Assembly: GCA_965140445.1 (NCBI GenBank)
Contig: OZ223236.1
Coordinates: 800,001 to 864,000, forward strand
Reading direction: 5' to 3'
DNA: 64,000 nt
DNA from: Candidatus Ozemobacteraceae bacterium
Lineage (GTDB): Bacteria; Muiribacteriota; Ozemobacteria; Ozemobacterales; Ozemobacteraceae
Both the position numbers and the translations under genes were made by a program. Within the stretch, counting starts at the first letter, position 1; every line of letters begins with the position of its first letter. The notes under the pieces were generated by a model. The model made no database searches and was not told where the DNA came from. It worked only from the letters and a program-made list of their open reading frames with translations. Shown piece by piece: positions 62,690 through 64,000 of the stretch.

Positions 62690-64000
62690 TTACTTCTGTT
62701 CACCAAGAATTTTTTTGGCTACTTTCGCGAAAGATTCTCTAAGATGTAGCTCTAATGCTTCCTTTAGATGAGTTCTAGATTTCTTCTTAGCTTTATTCCT
62801 TAGCAACATTCCCAGCTGGAAGTGTGCGTCGGCGTATCTTGGATTTAGCTCAAGAGCTTTCTCCAGGTTTTCTTTTGCTTTAGATTCATTTTTTAACTGA
62901 ATATGAGATAGTGCAATCCAGTAAAAAGCATCAGGATACTGGTCATTTATCTGGACAGCTTCTTCAAAATTTCTCAGGGCCTCTTCCCATTGGCAATCTT
63001 CGAAATATTTGATTCCAAGATTTATTCTGCTGGAAGCAAGGTCCAAGTCCATAATGGCTATCTTTTTTAGTTCAACAAGAGCTTCTTCAAGGTAACCTTG
63101 ATTATAAAGATTAGTAAAAGCTCTGTATTCAGGAGATTTATCTTTCCCTTTGTGGATAACCATTTGTTTATAAAAGTCTATGGATTTTTCATAATCCTCT
63201 ATCAACTCATGAATCATTCCAAGGTAAAAATAAGCGGAAATCAATTCTGGATTCTCTTTTACTATTTTCTTTAAAACACTTTTTGCTTCAGAAAAATAGC
63301 CACGAAAGAAAAGAGATTTTCCCAAGGATAGTCCAACATCCAGATAGTTTGGATGACTGAAAAATTCTTGTCTGAGGGATTCAATTTCTTCATCAAGAGC
63401 TTGAATTCTTGTTTCAAGATTTGAAAGATTGCGTTGGGCAGTTTTCCAGTTGGGAGTTTGCCGTAACGCTTTGCGATAAAATTTTGCTGCTTCATCCAGC
63501 TGGTTGGTTTGCATCATGAGAGAGCCCAGATTATTGAAAATCTTGGGGTCATCCGGAGAAAACTCCAGGGCTCTGTCAAAGGCTTCTTGTGCTTCTTTAA
63601 ACATGCTCTTGGTAAGGTAAATATTGCCAAGATTGTTTAATACTTCCGGGTCTTCCGGGAACAGTGTCTGGGCTCTGGCAAGAGTGTGCTCGGCTTCATC
63701 TATTAATCCAACGCGTCTCTGAATGTTTGCCAGTAAAAGCAAAAGCGCGCGAGAATCTGGAATTATAGATTCCGCCTGTCTTAGCTTTTTTAAAGCCTCA
63801 AAGGGTTTATCTTCTCTTAACAGAGCTTCAACATCTTTTCCAAGATGGGAAGAATTCTCAAATCTTAAATCTTCAGAAAGTAATCTGATTTCTTCATCAA
63901 AATTTTCTTCAATATAATTTGTTAATTTTCCCGCAACCTCTTTGCCTTTTTTTATGGCTGCTTCTAGGATATAATCAATGTTTGGATAATCCCCATCAAG
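62690..64000 (-). CDS. Multi-TPR protein (5' end beyond window)
   Basis: Frame stays open for 86 codons upstream of the track's 63742 start to base 64000. Canonical TPRs (NNLGNIYL...ALEFSPDD, ALELNPRYADAHFQLG). Confidence 0.88.
   Translation of the reverse strand, partial: LDGDYPNIDYILEAAIKKGKEVAGKLTNYIEENFDEEIRLLSEDLRFENSSHLGKDVEALLREDKPFEALKKLRQAESIIPDSRALLLLLANIQRRVGLIDEAEHTLARAQTLFPEDPEVLNNLGNIYLTKSMFKEAQEAFDRALEFSPDDPKIFNNLGSLMMQTNQLDEAAKFYRKALRQTPNWKTAQRNLSNLETRIQALDEEIESLRQEFFSHPNYLDVGLSLGKSLFFRGYFSEAKSVLKKIVKENPELISAYFYLGMIHELIEDYEKSIDFYKQMVIHKGKDKSPEYRAFTNLYNQGYLEEALVELKKIAIMDLDLASSRINLGIKYFEDCQWEEALRNFEEAVQINDQYPDAFYWIALSHIQLKNESKAKENLEKALELNPRYADAHFQLGMLLRNKAKKKSRTHLKEALELHLRESFAKVAKKILGEQK

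Overview
AT-rich bacterial chromosomal segment with dense coding on both strands. I found no rRNA, tRNA, CRISPR array, transposase or integrase. The content fits a diderm, probably anaerobic organism rich in type IV pilus/T2SS genes and TPR proteins. It is reminiscent of Ca. Riflebacteria-like lineages, but that is an impression I cannot confirm. Recognisable genes: gdhA, murJ, sugE/gdx, a PhoA-family phosphatase, an RluB-like pseudouridine synthase, a three-subunit xanthine-dehydrogenase-family molybdoenzyme, a five-gene sarcosine-oxidase/proline-dehydrogenase-like cluster, two class III adenylate cyclases and a large Ig-repeat surface-protein operon. The most unusual signals concern rewired pilus motors and possible cargo. 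(1) An ECF sigma / Zn anti-sigma-HTH operon encodes a soluble PilC(GspF)-domain::PilB fusion whose catalytic Walker B and His-box residues are lost. (2) A canonical PilB carries two N-terminal MshEN-type domains and a C-terminal histidine-kinase-like (HATPase_c) module. (3) A PilX/V/W-like minor-pilin triad plus TPR gene is followed by two tandem secreted paralogues with toxin-like hydrophobic hairpins and a nucleotidyltransferase. (4) The molybdoenzyme large subunit carries histone-H1-like PAKK repeat tails. Two ORFs missing from the ORF track (1-98 and 45897-46043) were found, and several start codons were re-assigned.
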